Below, piece by piece: positions 1-11,357 of a stretch of 38,193 nucleotides of DNA (within the stretch, counting starts at the first letter, position 1; each line of letters starts with the position of its first letter). Made by a program: the position numbers and the translations under genes. The notes under the pieces were generated by a model. It saw only the letters and a list, made by a program, of their open reading frames with translations, had not been told where the DNA came from and did no database searches. The DNA comes from Chiloscyllium plagiosum (lineage: Eukaryota): positions 3,845,866 to 3,884,058 of the forward strand of contig NC_057751.1 of assembly GCF_004010195.1 (NCBI RefSeq), written 5' to 3'.

Positions 1-418
1 ATGTGAATATTCTAATTTAGAATGGGAAATCACACAGATGGAAAATTCTTCATCTGTAATACACAACTGCCTTTTTAATTTTTCACCTCGCCTATAAATA
101 ACACTGTGAATATACAAGCTCTCTGCATGAATGATTGCAACATTAACCTCTGAAAACACTGAGAGCTTCACAATCTGGTTAACTCAATTCTTTCTGTTCG
201 TTACACAGTCAGATTTAATGTACAACTAGCAGCTATGCATGCAAATTGTCTAAAGATGGACATTAATTTCAAAGTGGCTGTAAAATTAGGCACTTTTATT
301 TTTATTGAGCATCTGAACAAGCTAAAGTAAAGCTGGGCAAAGCTTGTACAAGTAGACAACTTAGAATGCAAATCTGGCATGAATGGTGTATAACTTCAGT
401 CTGCAATTAATACTTTGT

Positions 419-562
419 TTCTGGATTAGTGGTGCTGGAAGAGCACAGCAGTTTCAGGCAGCATCCGAGGAGCTGCCTGAACTGCTGATGCTCTTCCAGC
501 ACCACTAATCCAGAATCTGGTTTCCAGCATCTGCAGTCATTGTTTTTACCTTGTTTTTACCT
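419..562. mobile_element. Fold-back (palindromic) Penelope-like element terminal fragment with 14-bp target-site duplication
   Basis: Arm ttctggattagtggtgctggaagagcacagcagtttcaggcagc (419-462) is the near reverse complement of gctgcctgaactgctgatgctcttccagcaccactaatccagaa (~473-516). The tail ccagcatctgcag is shared with other PLE ends in the window. Direct repeat aattaatactttgt at 405-418 and 563-576. Confidence 0.85.
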
Positions 563-1667
563 AATTAATACTTTGTGTCTTGACTCATGATATTATGCTC
601 GGTAAGCAGAAACTACCTGCAACTTCCTCAGGGGACCAAACAGCACTGTGCATATTTTCAAGCATGAATACTCAGAAATCTTCTCAAATAGATATAGAAT
701 GAACCACAACTCAAATTCTAAATTATGTCTTGACAGCGGTCTTTTATGCTTTTCATATGTCTGAATTTCAGTCACACCATCTAAAAGTTCCGCAGTTTTA
801 GTCCTGATATGTACAGAATTATATCTTAACAAAGATACAAACATTTGAATCAGGAGATAACAGCGAGGATACTGTTGCAGCAGCCTGGGCGATAAAGAAT
901 TTGCATTCTCAATCAAGATTTGGTGACACCTGCTGGAAGATGCATATAATGGAACTTCAGCATCAACTGAGCTTGGCTGTAATGGCCCAAATAGCCCATC
1001 AATAATCAATGGCTAATTTACAGTTGAATATTGGTCTCTTTGGTGTGATACAGGACAGCTAGATACATGGTTGAAACTACATCTCAAAATAACTCAGGTG
1101 AAGAAGAACAAAAATCAGAGACAGCAGAAAAGCATCTTACGACTTTATCAGGTAAAAGACCGTGTTTGATACGACAGACAATCAGAGTGCTTTCTTCAAC
1201 ATAATGCTATCTCAGGTGCTGTTTTACATTACACTTCAGACACTCATTTCTAATGTTACATTTTAAATTTGAGATAATTTTAAATTTGGAAATGAAACTT
1301 TGTTTCCTTCCAAGCGATTTTCTGTCCGAGAATTTTGCTACCAGAACATATATGCAAGAATCAATGGCTATGAATCTAGTCATATTACTAAGAATGTTCT
1401 CAGCACTGAGCACACCACAGTTCTGGACAGCAAACATCTTCAGAAAGTCATACTGGAAAAAAATGTAACAGTTAGTGGATGACATAACATGTCTGAAGCC
1501 TTACTCACAAAGTTTGTTAGTTATATAGTACATATACCCAAACATTTATCACTATGTCCTCTGTCACCTCCTTTGTGACTTGTCAAAATATCTTGTGGAA
1601 TAATGCAACTGAATTTGCAAGAAGTGTGGTCAATGTACTATTTTGACTGAACCACTGAATTCAAATA

Positions 1668-4600
1668 AGTTAGAGAGGATATTCCTGGAAATGCTTGCAG
1701 GGAGTTTATTGGGGTGGAACAGAAAAATAAGAAAGGGATGATCACCTTATTGAAATTGTCCTTTCGACCCCTCCACAGTCAGCAGTAAATTGAGAAACAA
1801 ATTTCTAAGGAGATCTCAGTCACCTCCAAGAATAACAGTTTGGTATTGGCAGGGGACTTTAATTTTCCAAACAGAGACTGGAAATGCCAGTGTTAGGGAT
1901 TTAGATGAAGAGGAATTTATTAAATGTGGACAAGAAATTTTTCTGATTCAGCATTTGGATGTACCTACCAGAGAAGGTTCAAACCTTGACCTACTCTTGG
2001 GAAATAAGGCAGGGCAGGTGCCTGAGGTGTCAATGGGGGAGCACTTTGGGGCCAGCGACCATAATTAAATTAGTTTTAAAATAGTGATGGAAAAGAATAG
2101 ACCAGATCTAAAAGTTTAAGTTCTAAACTGGAGGAAGGCCAACTTCAACAGTATTAGTAAGAACTTTCAGAAGTTGTTTGAGAGCGGATGTTCACAGGTA
2201 AAAGGACGGATGAAAAATGGGAAGCCTTCAGAAATGAGATAATGAGAGTCCAGAATGTTCCTGTTAAGATGAAAGGAAAGGCTGGTAGGTGTAGGGAGCG
2301 CTGGATGACTACAGAAATTGAGGTTTTGGCCAAGAAAAAGGAAGCCTTCTGTCAGGTATAGACAGCAGAGAGCGAGTGAATCCTGAGAAGTTTATAAAGG
2401 CAGTAGGAGTACACTTAAAAGGGAAATCAGGAGGACAAAAGGGGACACTTGATAGCTTTGATAAATAGGGTTAAGGAGAATCCAAAGGGATTTTATAAAC
2501 ACATTAAGGAAAGGGTAGCTAGAGAATAGGACCCCTGAATGATCAGCAGGGCAGCCGATGTGTGGAACAGCAGGAGATGGGGGAAGATACTAAACAAGTA
2601 TTTTGCATCAGTGTTTACTGTGGAGAGGTCATGGAAGATATAGAATGTGGGGAAATAGATGGCGACATCTTGAAAAATTACAAGAATGGAGGTGCTGGAT
2701 GTCTTAAAATGCATAAAGGTGGATAAATCCCCAGGACCTTATCAGGTGTTCCCTCGAACACAGTGGGAAGCTAGAGAAGTGATTGCTGGGCCCCTTGCTG
2801 TGACATTTGTATCATCGATGATCACAGTTGAGGATCCGGAAGACTCAAGGTTGGCTAATGTAGTGTCACTATTTAAGAAAGGTGGGAAGGACAAGCTAGG
2901 GAACTATACACCAGTGAGTCGGAGATCGATGATGGGCAAGTTGGAGAGAATCCTGAGGGACAGGATTTGGATGTATTACATGTATTTGGAAAGGCAAGGA
3001 CTGATTGTGGATAATCAACATGGCTTTGTGTGTCGGAAATCATTTCTCACAAACTTGATTTGAGTATTTTGAAGTGATGAAGAGAACTGATGAGGGTAGA
3101 GCGGCGGATGAGATGTATATGGATTTCACGAAGACATTCGACAAGTTTCCTCATGGTTACCAAGGTTAGTTCACATGGAATACAGGAAAACTAGTCATTT
3201 GGATACAGAACTAGCTTGAAGGTAGAAGACAGGATGGTGGTGGAGGGTTGCGTTTTGGACTGGAGGCCTGTGACCAGTGGTGTGCCACAACAATCTGTGC
3301 TGGGTGCAGTGCTTTGCATCATTTATACAAATGATGTGAATGTGAACATAAAAGGTATCGTCAGTAAGTTTGAAGATGACACCAAAATTGGAGGTGTAGT
3401 GGACAGCAAAGGATGTTACCTCAGAATACAATGAGATCTTGATCAGATGAGCCAAAGAGTGGCAGATGGAGTTTAATTTAGATAAAAGTGAAGTGCTACA
3501 AAGGCAAATCAGGATAGGACTTGTACACTTAATGATAAGATCCGAGGAAGTATTGCTGAAAGTGGAGTCACAAATAGATAGAGTAGTGAAGAAGGTGGTT
3601 AGTATGCTTTCCTTTATTGGTCAAAGCATTATGTATAAGAGTTGGAATGTCATCTTTGGCTGTACAGGACATTGGTTTGGCCACTTTTGGAATAATGTGT
3701 ACAATTCTGGTCTCCCTGCTATGGGAAGGATGTTGTGAAACTTGAAAGGGGTTGAAAAAGATTTACAAAGATGTTGCCAGGGTAAAAGGTTTGAGCTATA
3801 GGGAGAGGCTGAATAGGCTGGGGCTGTTTTCCCTGGAGTGTCAGAGGCTCAGGTGAGAAAGTTTGTAGCCTTAAAAACTTGTCCTAAAACGTTGAGACGA
3901 AAACGTAGTTTTGAATTATAGAACACATTTGCTGCACACTAGAAAACAGACAGGCAGGGAGGTAAGACAAGTAAGAACATTTGCCTTAACATAAGTGAAT
4001 CTGTATAAACAGGACACTGAGTGATAACATTCACGGCTGTTCCTTTGTGAAATTAATAACAATGTTGAATTCTGAACTCGAAACGAAACTCTGTATCAAT
4101 CAACTTCTGACCCGAATTATTGTCCTTCACTATTATCCGTCTAGTTCAGAACATGAAGTGCTTTTGTTAACTTTTTGTGTTTGTGACAGGACAGCCTTTG
4201 TAAACTTGTATATAAAGATAGTCTGTTTGAGATAGTACGATGGAGTAGCCTGCTAGGGCTCTTGAAGAGCTGGTGCCCTACTCTCCTAGGTTATTAGAAC
4301 TAGTTAGTTTAGCTTATAGGTATCAGTGTTATGTTGTAACAGTGATGCTATTGGTAAATAAAGGAGATGACTAAAATTTAACGAAACTGTAAGACATTTT
4401 TTATTCCAGACTTCTAAAGAGGACGATCTCTGGGACGAACCAAGAGAGGCTTACAGGTCTGAGTCCACAAGGGATTCCGTGGGTCGTCTCAAATCTGTAC
4501 TTTAACACAGAGGTTTATAAATCATGAGGGGCATGGATATGGTAAATAGACATGGTCTTTACCATGGGGTAGGATGTCCAAAACTAGAGGACATAGGTTA

Positions 4601-4880
4601 GGGTGAGAGGAGAAAGATTTAAAAGGGACAACTAAGGGGCAACCTTTTCATGTAAAGGATAGAATCATGTATGGAATGAGCTGCCAGATGAAGTGGTGGA
4701 GGCCTTTTACAGCATTTAAAAGGCATCTGGATGGATATAAGAATAGGAAGGGTTTAGAGAGATGTAGGTGAAGTGCTAATAAATGGGACGAGATTAGTTT
4801 AGGATATCTGGTTAGCATGGACGAGTTGGACCAAAGGGTCTGTTTCTGTGCTGTACATCTCTGTGATTCTATGACTCTAT
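1668..4880 (+). mobile_element. CR1-clade (HER1-like) LINE, 5'-truncated, decayed ORF2 (APE endonuclease C-terminus plus RT), split by an LTR-like insertion at 3854-4507
   Basis: ORF fragments PTREGSNLDLLLGN, KSPGP..FPR, ANVVSLFKKGGKDKLGNYTPVS, QHGFV.RKSFLTNLI, VTSGVPQQSVLG, KFEDDTKIGG. The 3' end has 8-mer repeats ctgtgatt/ctatgact. Multiple stops and frameshifts. Confidence 0.93.
3854..4507 (+). mobile_element. Probable solo LTR (654 bp) of an LTR retrotransposon or ERV inserted in the CR1
   Basis: Interrupts collinear CR1 sequence (ggctcagg | cagaggtttataaatcatgagggg). Begins TG and ends CA with imperfect inverted ends (TGAGAAAG...CTTTAACA). TATATAAA at 4209-4216, AATAAA at 4357-4362. Flanks cagg/caga match at 3 of 4 positions. 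Confidence 0.65.
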
Positions 4881-5034
4881 AATAAACTATATTGCAGATG
4901 TTTTCCTTAAATGAAACATGAAGCAATATTATCTTTTCAGCTCTTAAACATAAATCTTGGAAATAGGTTGTTTGCCAACATGGCTTTAATTTGGGAAGCA
5001 CAACACTGACAGAAGACTTTAGTCAGACCACATT

Positions 5035-5535
5035 TCAAGTGTTGTACACTTCTGTTTGCCACACGATAGGAAAGATGTGGAGGCTTTCGAGAGGCTGCAA
5101 AAGAGATTTACGCAGGATGTTGCCTCGATTGGAGTGTATTATCTACAAGAAAAGGTTGCTCAAACTTGGATTGTTTTTGTTAGAGAGTCAGAAGCTGAGG
5201 AGTAACCTGATGCAAGCATAAGAAATTGTGAGAGGCATAGATAGGGTGGATACTTAGGATCTTTTTCCCAGAGTGGAAATGTCAAACATGAGAGGGCATT
5301 GGTTTAGGAGGAGAGGTGGAAAGTTCAAACTACATGCGCAAGGCAAGGTTTTTACACAGAGGGTGAGAGGTGCCTGGAATATGCTGCTGGGGGAAGTGGT
5401 AGAAGCAAGTATGATAGCAACGTTTAAGAGACATCTAGATTGACAAATGAACTGGCAGATAACAGAGAGAAACCAGTCATATAGGCAGATAGTGTCCTCA
5501 ACACATGATGGGCTGAAAGCTGAATACTGTTCCAT
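5035..5535 (+). mobile_element. CR1 LINE 3' fragment
   Basis: RRMLPRLECIIYKKRLLKLGLFLLESQKLRSNL, followed by agagggcat...tttacacagagggtg...gcctggaat, typical of the CR1 ORF2 C-terminus and 3' UTR. Confidence 0.85.
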
Positions 5536-5989
5536 ATTCAGAATTGCAGATATTGAATATTGTAGATTCAAAATGAGCCAGACTGTCCAAACAGGAATGA
5601 AGCCCCAAACCTGAACCAAAAAACAGAAAAAGGGCTTATCCTGGTAATCAGTTTAGCTTCAACTTACTGAAAGCAGAGTGGGCGCAAAATTTAATCATAA
5701 GGAACCATCCCTGAATTTGAATAAACGACAAGCTCTTGAACATATCAACCACAGAACTATGTTAATAACACATTTAGCTGGGTGGTCTCAAATTAGGCGA
5801 AGCAATAAGTCTTAAAGAATCACAACGAATAACAAAAAACACAAAGAAAAGATGAGTACAAGTGGTGGAACGAAAATGCACTGAATTTACCCACTGGACA
5901 GCCAAAACACACAGGAACATCGATTACTTAAATATGAGATTCGCAGTTTATAATTCAGAAGGACCTTAAAAAAGGACTTCCATATATGC

Positions 5990-6305
5990 CACACGGCCAC
6001 TTAGTGGTTAGCACTGCTGTCTCACAGCACCAGGGACTCAGGTTTGATTCCAGCCTCGGTCGACTGTCTGGGTGGAGTTCTCCCAGTGTCTGCATGGGTT
6101 TCCTCCCACAGTCCAAAGATGTACAGGTTAGGTGGATTGGCAATGCTAAATTGCTGATAGTGTCCAGGAATATACAGGCTAGGTGGATTAGCCACAGGAA
6201 ATGCAAGTTGACGGGGATGGGTTGGGTCTGAGCGGGATGCTCTTCAGAGGTTCAGAATGGACTTAATGGGCTGAATGGCCTGCTTCCACACTAGAGATTC
6301 CATGA
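5990..6305 (+). mobile_element. HE1-type tRNA-derived shark SINE
   Basis: A-box-like agtggttagcactgctg, B-box-like ggtttgattcc, core tcctcccacagtccaaagatgtacaggttaggtggattggcaatgctaaattg, CR1-like tail gggctgaatggcctgcttccacact. Confidence 0.85.
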
Positions 6306-6771
6306 GTGCAAAGGCCACTTGACAACAAAAGTAAAACTGCAAATTTCACAGAGGTAAATCACAACGGTCAATGCAGACATTCAAGTCCACCATATTTGAG
6401 CTTTAACAAGGAACTTATTGTTCATTTTCACACAAATTTGCATGAGTCCATCAATTAAGGTGCAACCAGCAATATCCTCATCTGCTGTTTGCCACCATTT
6501 CAAGCATACAATCATTTCCAAACTGTTTCCTATGCCAAAGTTGAATATTGCACCAAATTGCAGGTAAAGACAATGACACTGTGCAATAATGAAGAAAGAG
6601 TTGACTGCCAAGTGACAAACCATCTTGTGAGACAGAACAGTACCAAATTACACCAAGAATAAATTAACTCCATTTTCACATGAGCAAAAATCTAATTTAT
6701 GTCTGTTACCTAATTTACCAACTAAGAAGGAAATAATTTTCATTTGCACATTCAGCAAAAGGTGAGGAATA

Positions 6772-6915
6772 CCCTGTATCTAGATAGTGTTGCTCAGGTT
6801 CTCAGAACAACTCAAAAGAGCTTCACAGCCATTGAAACATTTATTTAAATGCATGACTTTTGTCTTGTAGGTAAATGCAGCCATCAATAAGCACAAAAGG
6901 CTATCACGCAGGCAA
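6772..6915 (-). mobile_element. Degenerate SINE 3' fragment (Deu-SINE/SacSINE-like tail)
   Basis: caaaagagcttcacagccattgaa...ttgtcttgtaggtaaatgcagcc...gcacaaaag resembles the antisense tail of an old shark SINE. Heavily diverged. Confidence 0.35.
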
Positions 6916-6986
6916 AAAATACAACAAAATGATCACATGTGCAACAACAGAATTAAGTTTTCTGGGCACAAGCCTCTATCATCTAG

Positions 6987-7556
6987 AGCTGAAAATGTGT
7001 TGCTGGAAAAGCGCAGCAGGTCAGGCAGCATCCAAGGAGCAGGAGAATTGACATTTCGGGCATGAGCCCTTCTTCAGGAATGAGGAAAGTGTGTCCAGCA
7101 GGTTAAGATAAAAGGTAGGGAGGAGGGACTTGGGGGAGGGGCATTGGAAATGCAATACGTGGAAGGAGGTTAAGGTGAAGGTGATAGGCCGGAGTGGGGG
7201 TGGGGGCGGAGAGGTCAGGAAGAAGACTGCATGTTAGGAAGGTGGTGCTGAGTTCGAGGGTTGGGACTGAGACAAGGTCGGGGGAGGGGAAATGAGGAAA
7301 CTGGAGAAATCTGAGTTCATCTCTTGTGGTTGGAGTGTTCCTAGGCGGAAGATGAGGCGCTCTTCCTCCAGCCGTCGTGTTGCTATGATCTGGCGATAGA
7401 GGAGTCCAAGGACCTGCATGTAGTTGGTGGAGTGGGAGGGGGAGTTGAAGTGTTGAGCCAGAGGGTGGTTGGGTTGGTTGGTCCGGGTGTCCCAGAGATG
7501 TTCTCTGAAACATTCCGCGAGTAGGCGACCTGTCTCCCCAATATAGAGGAGGCCAT
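6987..7556 (-). mobile_element. Penelope-like element 3' fragment (GIY-YIG endonuclease, 3' UTR, hammerhead, terminal repeat)
   Basis: ORF 7234..7680 contains GLLYIGETGRLLAECFREHL...HPLAQHFNSPSHS...RRLEEERLIFRLGTLQPQEMNSDFSSF, the GIY-YIG endonuclease of PLEs. It is followed by a C-rich UTR and the terminal repeat. Confidence 0.93.
7046..7081 (-). ncRNA. Minimal type-I hammerhead ribozyme motif (slightly decayed)
   Basis: Minus strand reads attc-CTGAAGA-A-gggc-tcat-gccc-GAAATGTC-aatt. Core boxes and stem II are intact. Two changes relative to the 20416 copy look like CpG decay. Confidence 0.75.
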
Positions 7557-7791
7557 ATGTAGGTACTGGTTGTCCTGGTTGGGTCCGAATTTTGTTAATC
7601 TGAACGTAGTCCAGAGACAAAGGTGAAGGTGAGGCTTTTCCCTTTATTAGGCTGATGACATTGATAACTTCAAAGCACAACGTTGTTCACTTTTGACAGT
7701 ATCATGCTGGCAAAAGATTTGTTCTCTCAGTTAGAAATCATTTGGAACAAATGGGAGGTGGAGCTCAGCAGCATGTCATCAGTGCAATCTT

Positions 7792-7928
7792 GGAAGCTTT
7801 CTTATTGTGCAGTGTAGGTGTTCCTACCCCCAGACTAAGAGACCTATGTTCAAGTCCCATCTACTCCAAAGGTATGCAATAACATTTCTGAATGGATTAA
7901 TAAGAAAAATACGTTAGTTTTTTTAAAA
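7792..7928 (+). mobile_element. Short tRNA-derived SINE with 11-bp TSD
   Basis: A-box-like tgtgcagtgtagg, B-box-like gttcaagtcc, A/T-rich tail. Direct repeat agtgcaatctt at 7781-7791 and 7929-7939. Confidence 0.75.
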
Positions 7929-8619
7929 AGTGCAATCTTCTTAATTGGCCACTTTCACATCCTCTATCTTATTAAGAACAGCTCGATCAGATCATCAAAG
8001 TGCCCTTCGATATGTGCATTTGAAGTTTGATTTATTCAAGGTGGAACTCTTTTAAGGTCCCGCTCCCACCCAGAAATGGAAGTAAATCTCTTCGGTTGCA
8101 TCATCTAGACTAAAAATGCAGACTTCAAGTCGGTGGCACCTCTACTGGAGAAAGGAGTTTCTGGTTCTCATGTCCTTGGCCTGCCCAAGAGACTCTGCCT
8201 CTATTCCTCAGGTGGCATTTACACATAGCTGGGGGCTGGGTGAGGGGATCAGCTCGCCGACAAATGTTTGCACATTCCAAGACTATTCACATTTCGTCCA
8301 AAATCAGCTCAATGAGTTGTCTGCCTTCATGGAGCTGGTGGTTGATCTGGAATTTGAATATCTAAGGAGTTGTCATGAAACAGCTCCTAACAGCTGCCCA
8401 TTCGTTTCCCAACCCAATCCGAGCCCACTGTTAACTGAGAAAATTCAACACCACATGTCTAGATTCAACGGCAAGAGAGGAGGAAATCAATTTTTCCAAA
8501 GAGTGCCATATGGGATCAAAGATGGGATCAGCTGTTGACCATTTCATGAACTGAATTTCAATTACCAATGTATTTGAGCGTAAAAAGAGAAAAAAAAAAT
8601 TGCAGTTTCCAGAAATCCT

Positions 8620-8757
8620 CAACAGAAGCAGACATACCGGAGATACTCAGGTCAGTAGCAATAGTCAAGAGAGAAACAGAAGTGAAGCTACATTTTTTCC
8701 ATCTTCACAAACGTTCCCAGACCTGCTGTGTATTTTGCGTATTTTCTGGGTTTTTTA
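8620..8757. mobile_element. Old degenerate fold-back PLE terminal fragment
   Basis: ggagatactcaggtcagtagca...gagagaaacagaag followed by cttcacaaacgttcccagacctgctgtgtatttt...attttctg, the two orientations of the PLE tail seen at 13781 and 17208. Confidence 0.5.
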
Positions 8758-9299
8758 ATCATGCTGGAACATCAGTCAACTGTTGAACATTCCTCTCCCT
8801 TTCTGCCAGATTAACTCAGTACAAAGCTGATAGAAGCACACGCTGAACTCAAATACCTGCATGGGTCCCATTAGATAAAATGCAACAATTCACATTTATC
8901 TGAAATTACTTTATCATAGTTATACTTCAAAAAATAAGTCAGTGGCTGCATTTTAAGATGACATAACATTTTGAAAGATGTTCTTGAAATGTATTTTTTG
9001 TTTTTGTAACTGCACTTTTAAAATCAGATACTGCACTGTACATAAAGAATTCAGTGATATCAGGGGAAACAAATGGCAGTGGCAAGAACTTAAAATTTTA
9101 ATTTTCCTGTCTTTCCAATTTTTCTCAAATACGTTGGATATCTGTGAACTTTCAGCAGCTTTGTAAATATTTTGGAAAAGATAAAAGTGAACTGCTGCGA
9201 ATGCTGGGTGGAAATGACACAGAACAAGGGAAGCCCTTCGACCGAGCATGCTCAAGCTGGGTCACAAAGGCAGTCAAAATCTCAAAAAGAAGCAAAGCA

Positions 9300-9401
9300 C
9301 AGGAAATCAAAGAGAAAATGGGGAAACTCCGAAGGTCTGACAGCAACTGTGGAGAGAAGATCAAAGTTAAAGTTTTGACTCTGGTATGACTCTTCTTTGG
9401 A
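9300..9401 (-). mobile_element. Degenerate PLE terminal fragment with a dead hammerhead remnant
   Basis: gggaaactccgaaggtctgacagcaactgtggagagaagatcaaagttaaagttttgactctggtatgactcttctttgga parallels 13781-13879 and 17208-17310. Core boxes are mutated. Confidence 0.55.
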
Positions 9402-9659
9402 TGAAGAGTTCAACAATCCCCACAAAGTTAACAAGGATTAATGCTGACTCAGGAGTTCCTTTGGGTAAAACAATGCAAATCAGGTATTGGATTTGTATTA
9501 GAAATCAAAAATTAATGAACGCAATGTTTTGCACAGATTTTCTTTTCAAGCATTATTAGAGAACAGTTATCATCAACCTTGATAGGATGAAGTCTTTTTT
9601 AGAATTACTACAAATTATAAATGTAAATGATGATTTCATTCCAATTATTCTCAACAGCA

Positions 9660-9860
9660 GAACAGAGGTATCACCACTGATGTGAGGCTAATTGGTCCTG
9701 ACCTCCCTTTCCTTGTGCTCTCCTTCCTTTTCCTGAACAATAGAATTACATTTGCTACCATTCAATCCATGAAGCCAATTTTAAAATATAGGGAAATCTG
9801 GATTATGAAAACCAATGCATGAGTTATCTTTTCAACCACCTCTTTTAAAACCCTAAGTTC
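9660..9860 (-). mobile_element. CR1 RT fragment
   Basis: Antisense reads like ..W.VANVILLFRKRKE..GNYRP(I)SLTSVV (tatcaccactgatgtgaggctaattggtc; attacatttgctacc). Confidence 0.7.
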
Positions 9861-10019
9861 ATACCCATTTAAAATTTTAGATAGATTTTTTTCAAGCCAA
9901 GATCTTTGAATTCAAGTGCCTTTATCTCATCCTTTATAATGTGACTGACTAAACATCACCAGCACACCCCACCTGCCAGCCCCAGCCAATTTTAAAAAAA
10001 ATTTTGCTGGTTTCTTTTA

Positions 10020-10180
10020 ACATTAACATATCCTGGAATATTCAGTTCCCAACGTTGGTCATGCCACAAACACATCTCCAACATGGCTATCGGCTTAGAT
10101 TCAACCTGAGAATGCCTGTCTCAAGTATTAATCGCTCAATTTTGCTGTAAATACTTCATATGTTCGATTATGTCAAGCTT
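10020..10180 (-). mobile_element. CR1 APE endonuclease N-terminal fragment
   Basis: Antisense atagccatgttggagatgtgtttg...gaccaacgttgggaactgaatattccaggatat translates to IA..E....DQRWELNIPGY. Confidence 0.7.
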
Positions 10181-10369
10181 CATCATTTTCTAATTTCTGA
10201 TATCGTTTTGAAGCTGAACACAGCTTACAAGTGGAAAGAACAGATTTCATACCAGGATTTGGACATTGTTATAAAGACCCTTTGCATTTAATATTACTCG
10301 GAGGCCATGATTTTGAAAGACTGTGGAAAAAGGAACTAATTTCAAGTGTATTTGTTTTGCCTCCCTCCT

Positions 10370-10815
10370 TTCTTAAACTCAGGTGTCAGATTAGCCATTT
10401 TCCTCTGCAACCCTCTCTGACTCCAGTGATTTCTGAAAGATCACTACCAATGTCTCTACAATCTCCTCAGCTATCTCCTTCACCTTGGTTATGGACATTC
10501 CATTCACATCTGCCCTGACACTCTTGAAGATCTGGTATGCTGCTGGAGTCTTCTACTGCGAAGACCAATGCGAAGGACCTGTTCGGTCTCTCCACAATTT
10601 CTTTGTTCCCCATTGCTATTTCTCCAGTATTATTTTCCAGCAGTCCAATGTCCACTGTTGCCTCTCTGTTATGTTTTAGATATTTTAAAAAACAGTTCGT
10701 GCAATCATCTTTTATATTATTTACCTTCAAGAATAGCCAAAGAGCTTTCTTTTTTCAGAGAGCCAACCTCTACCAACAAATCTATTTCTTGCTTTTCCTG
10801 ACTGTTGTTTGTGTT
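10370..10815 (-). mobile_element. CR1 ORF2 linker fragment
   Basis: ORF 10467..10730: FLKYLKHNREATVDIGLLENNTGEIAMGNKEIVERPNRSFALVFAVEDSSSIPD, a typical CR1 inter-domain region. Confidence 0.85.
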
Positions 10816-11009
10816 TTATGATTTGGGAATATTTATTGGAATAAGCATTTACACTTCCACATGAGTGTGTAGATCAACTAATTATTGCATTTTTACTGAA
10901 AATATTTGATTTGATCAACCTGATAAAACAGATCTTTTTGTTTCTTCAATGGGCCTTCTTGGGAACTGGAAAACATATTTTTCTTTCAAGTTGTGATTTT
11001 TAAAAAAAA

Positions 11010-11357
11010 TTGTTCATTAATGAAATGCAGGCATTACTAGTTTGGCCAGTATTTATTGCCTAATTGCCATTTGAACTGATTGGCTTGCTCAGGCGACTTC
11101 AGACAGCAGTTAAGAGTCAACCACATTGCTGTGGTTCTGGAGTCATATATATGACAGATTTTCTTTCCCTTGAAGGACATTAGTGAACCAGGTGGGTTGT
11201 TACAAAAATCGACTTGATTGCCATCAGATTAGCTTTTGATTTCAGATCTTCAAATTTCACCATTTGGGATGGGATTCAAACCCACGTCCTCACTGCTTTC
11301 ACCTGGGTCCTTAGATTACGAGTCCAGCAACAAGATCAGCATGTCACCAATGCCCCA
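11010..11357 (-). mobile_element. Second tRNA-derived shark SINE family (same family as 35331-35842)
   Basis: agttaagagtcaaccacattgctgtggttctggagtcat...aaggacattagtgaacca is the reverse complement of the 35700-35815 core. Antisense B-box gggattcaaacc. Confidence 0.8.

Noticed and set aside
593..1485. ORFs of 138, 92, 71 and 60 aa in unique sequence
   Set aside because: No recognisable domain, no convincing paired splice sites, several have non-ATG starts, and the lengths are compatible with chance.
8116..8538. 140-aa plus-strand ORF
   Set aside because: No recognisable motif. The region looks like an old non-coding repeat remnant (ggtggaactc...gaaaattcaacacc ends), too degenerate to call.
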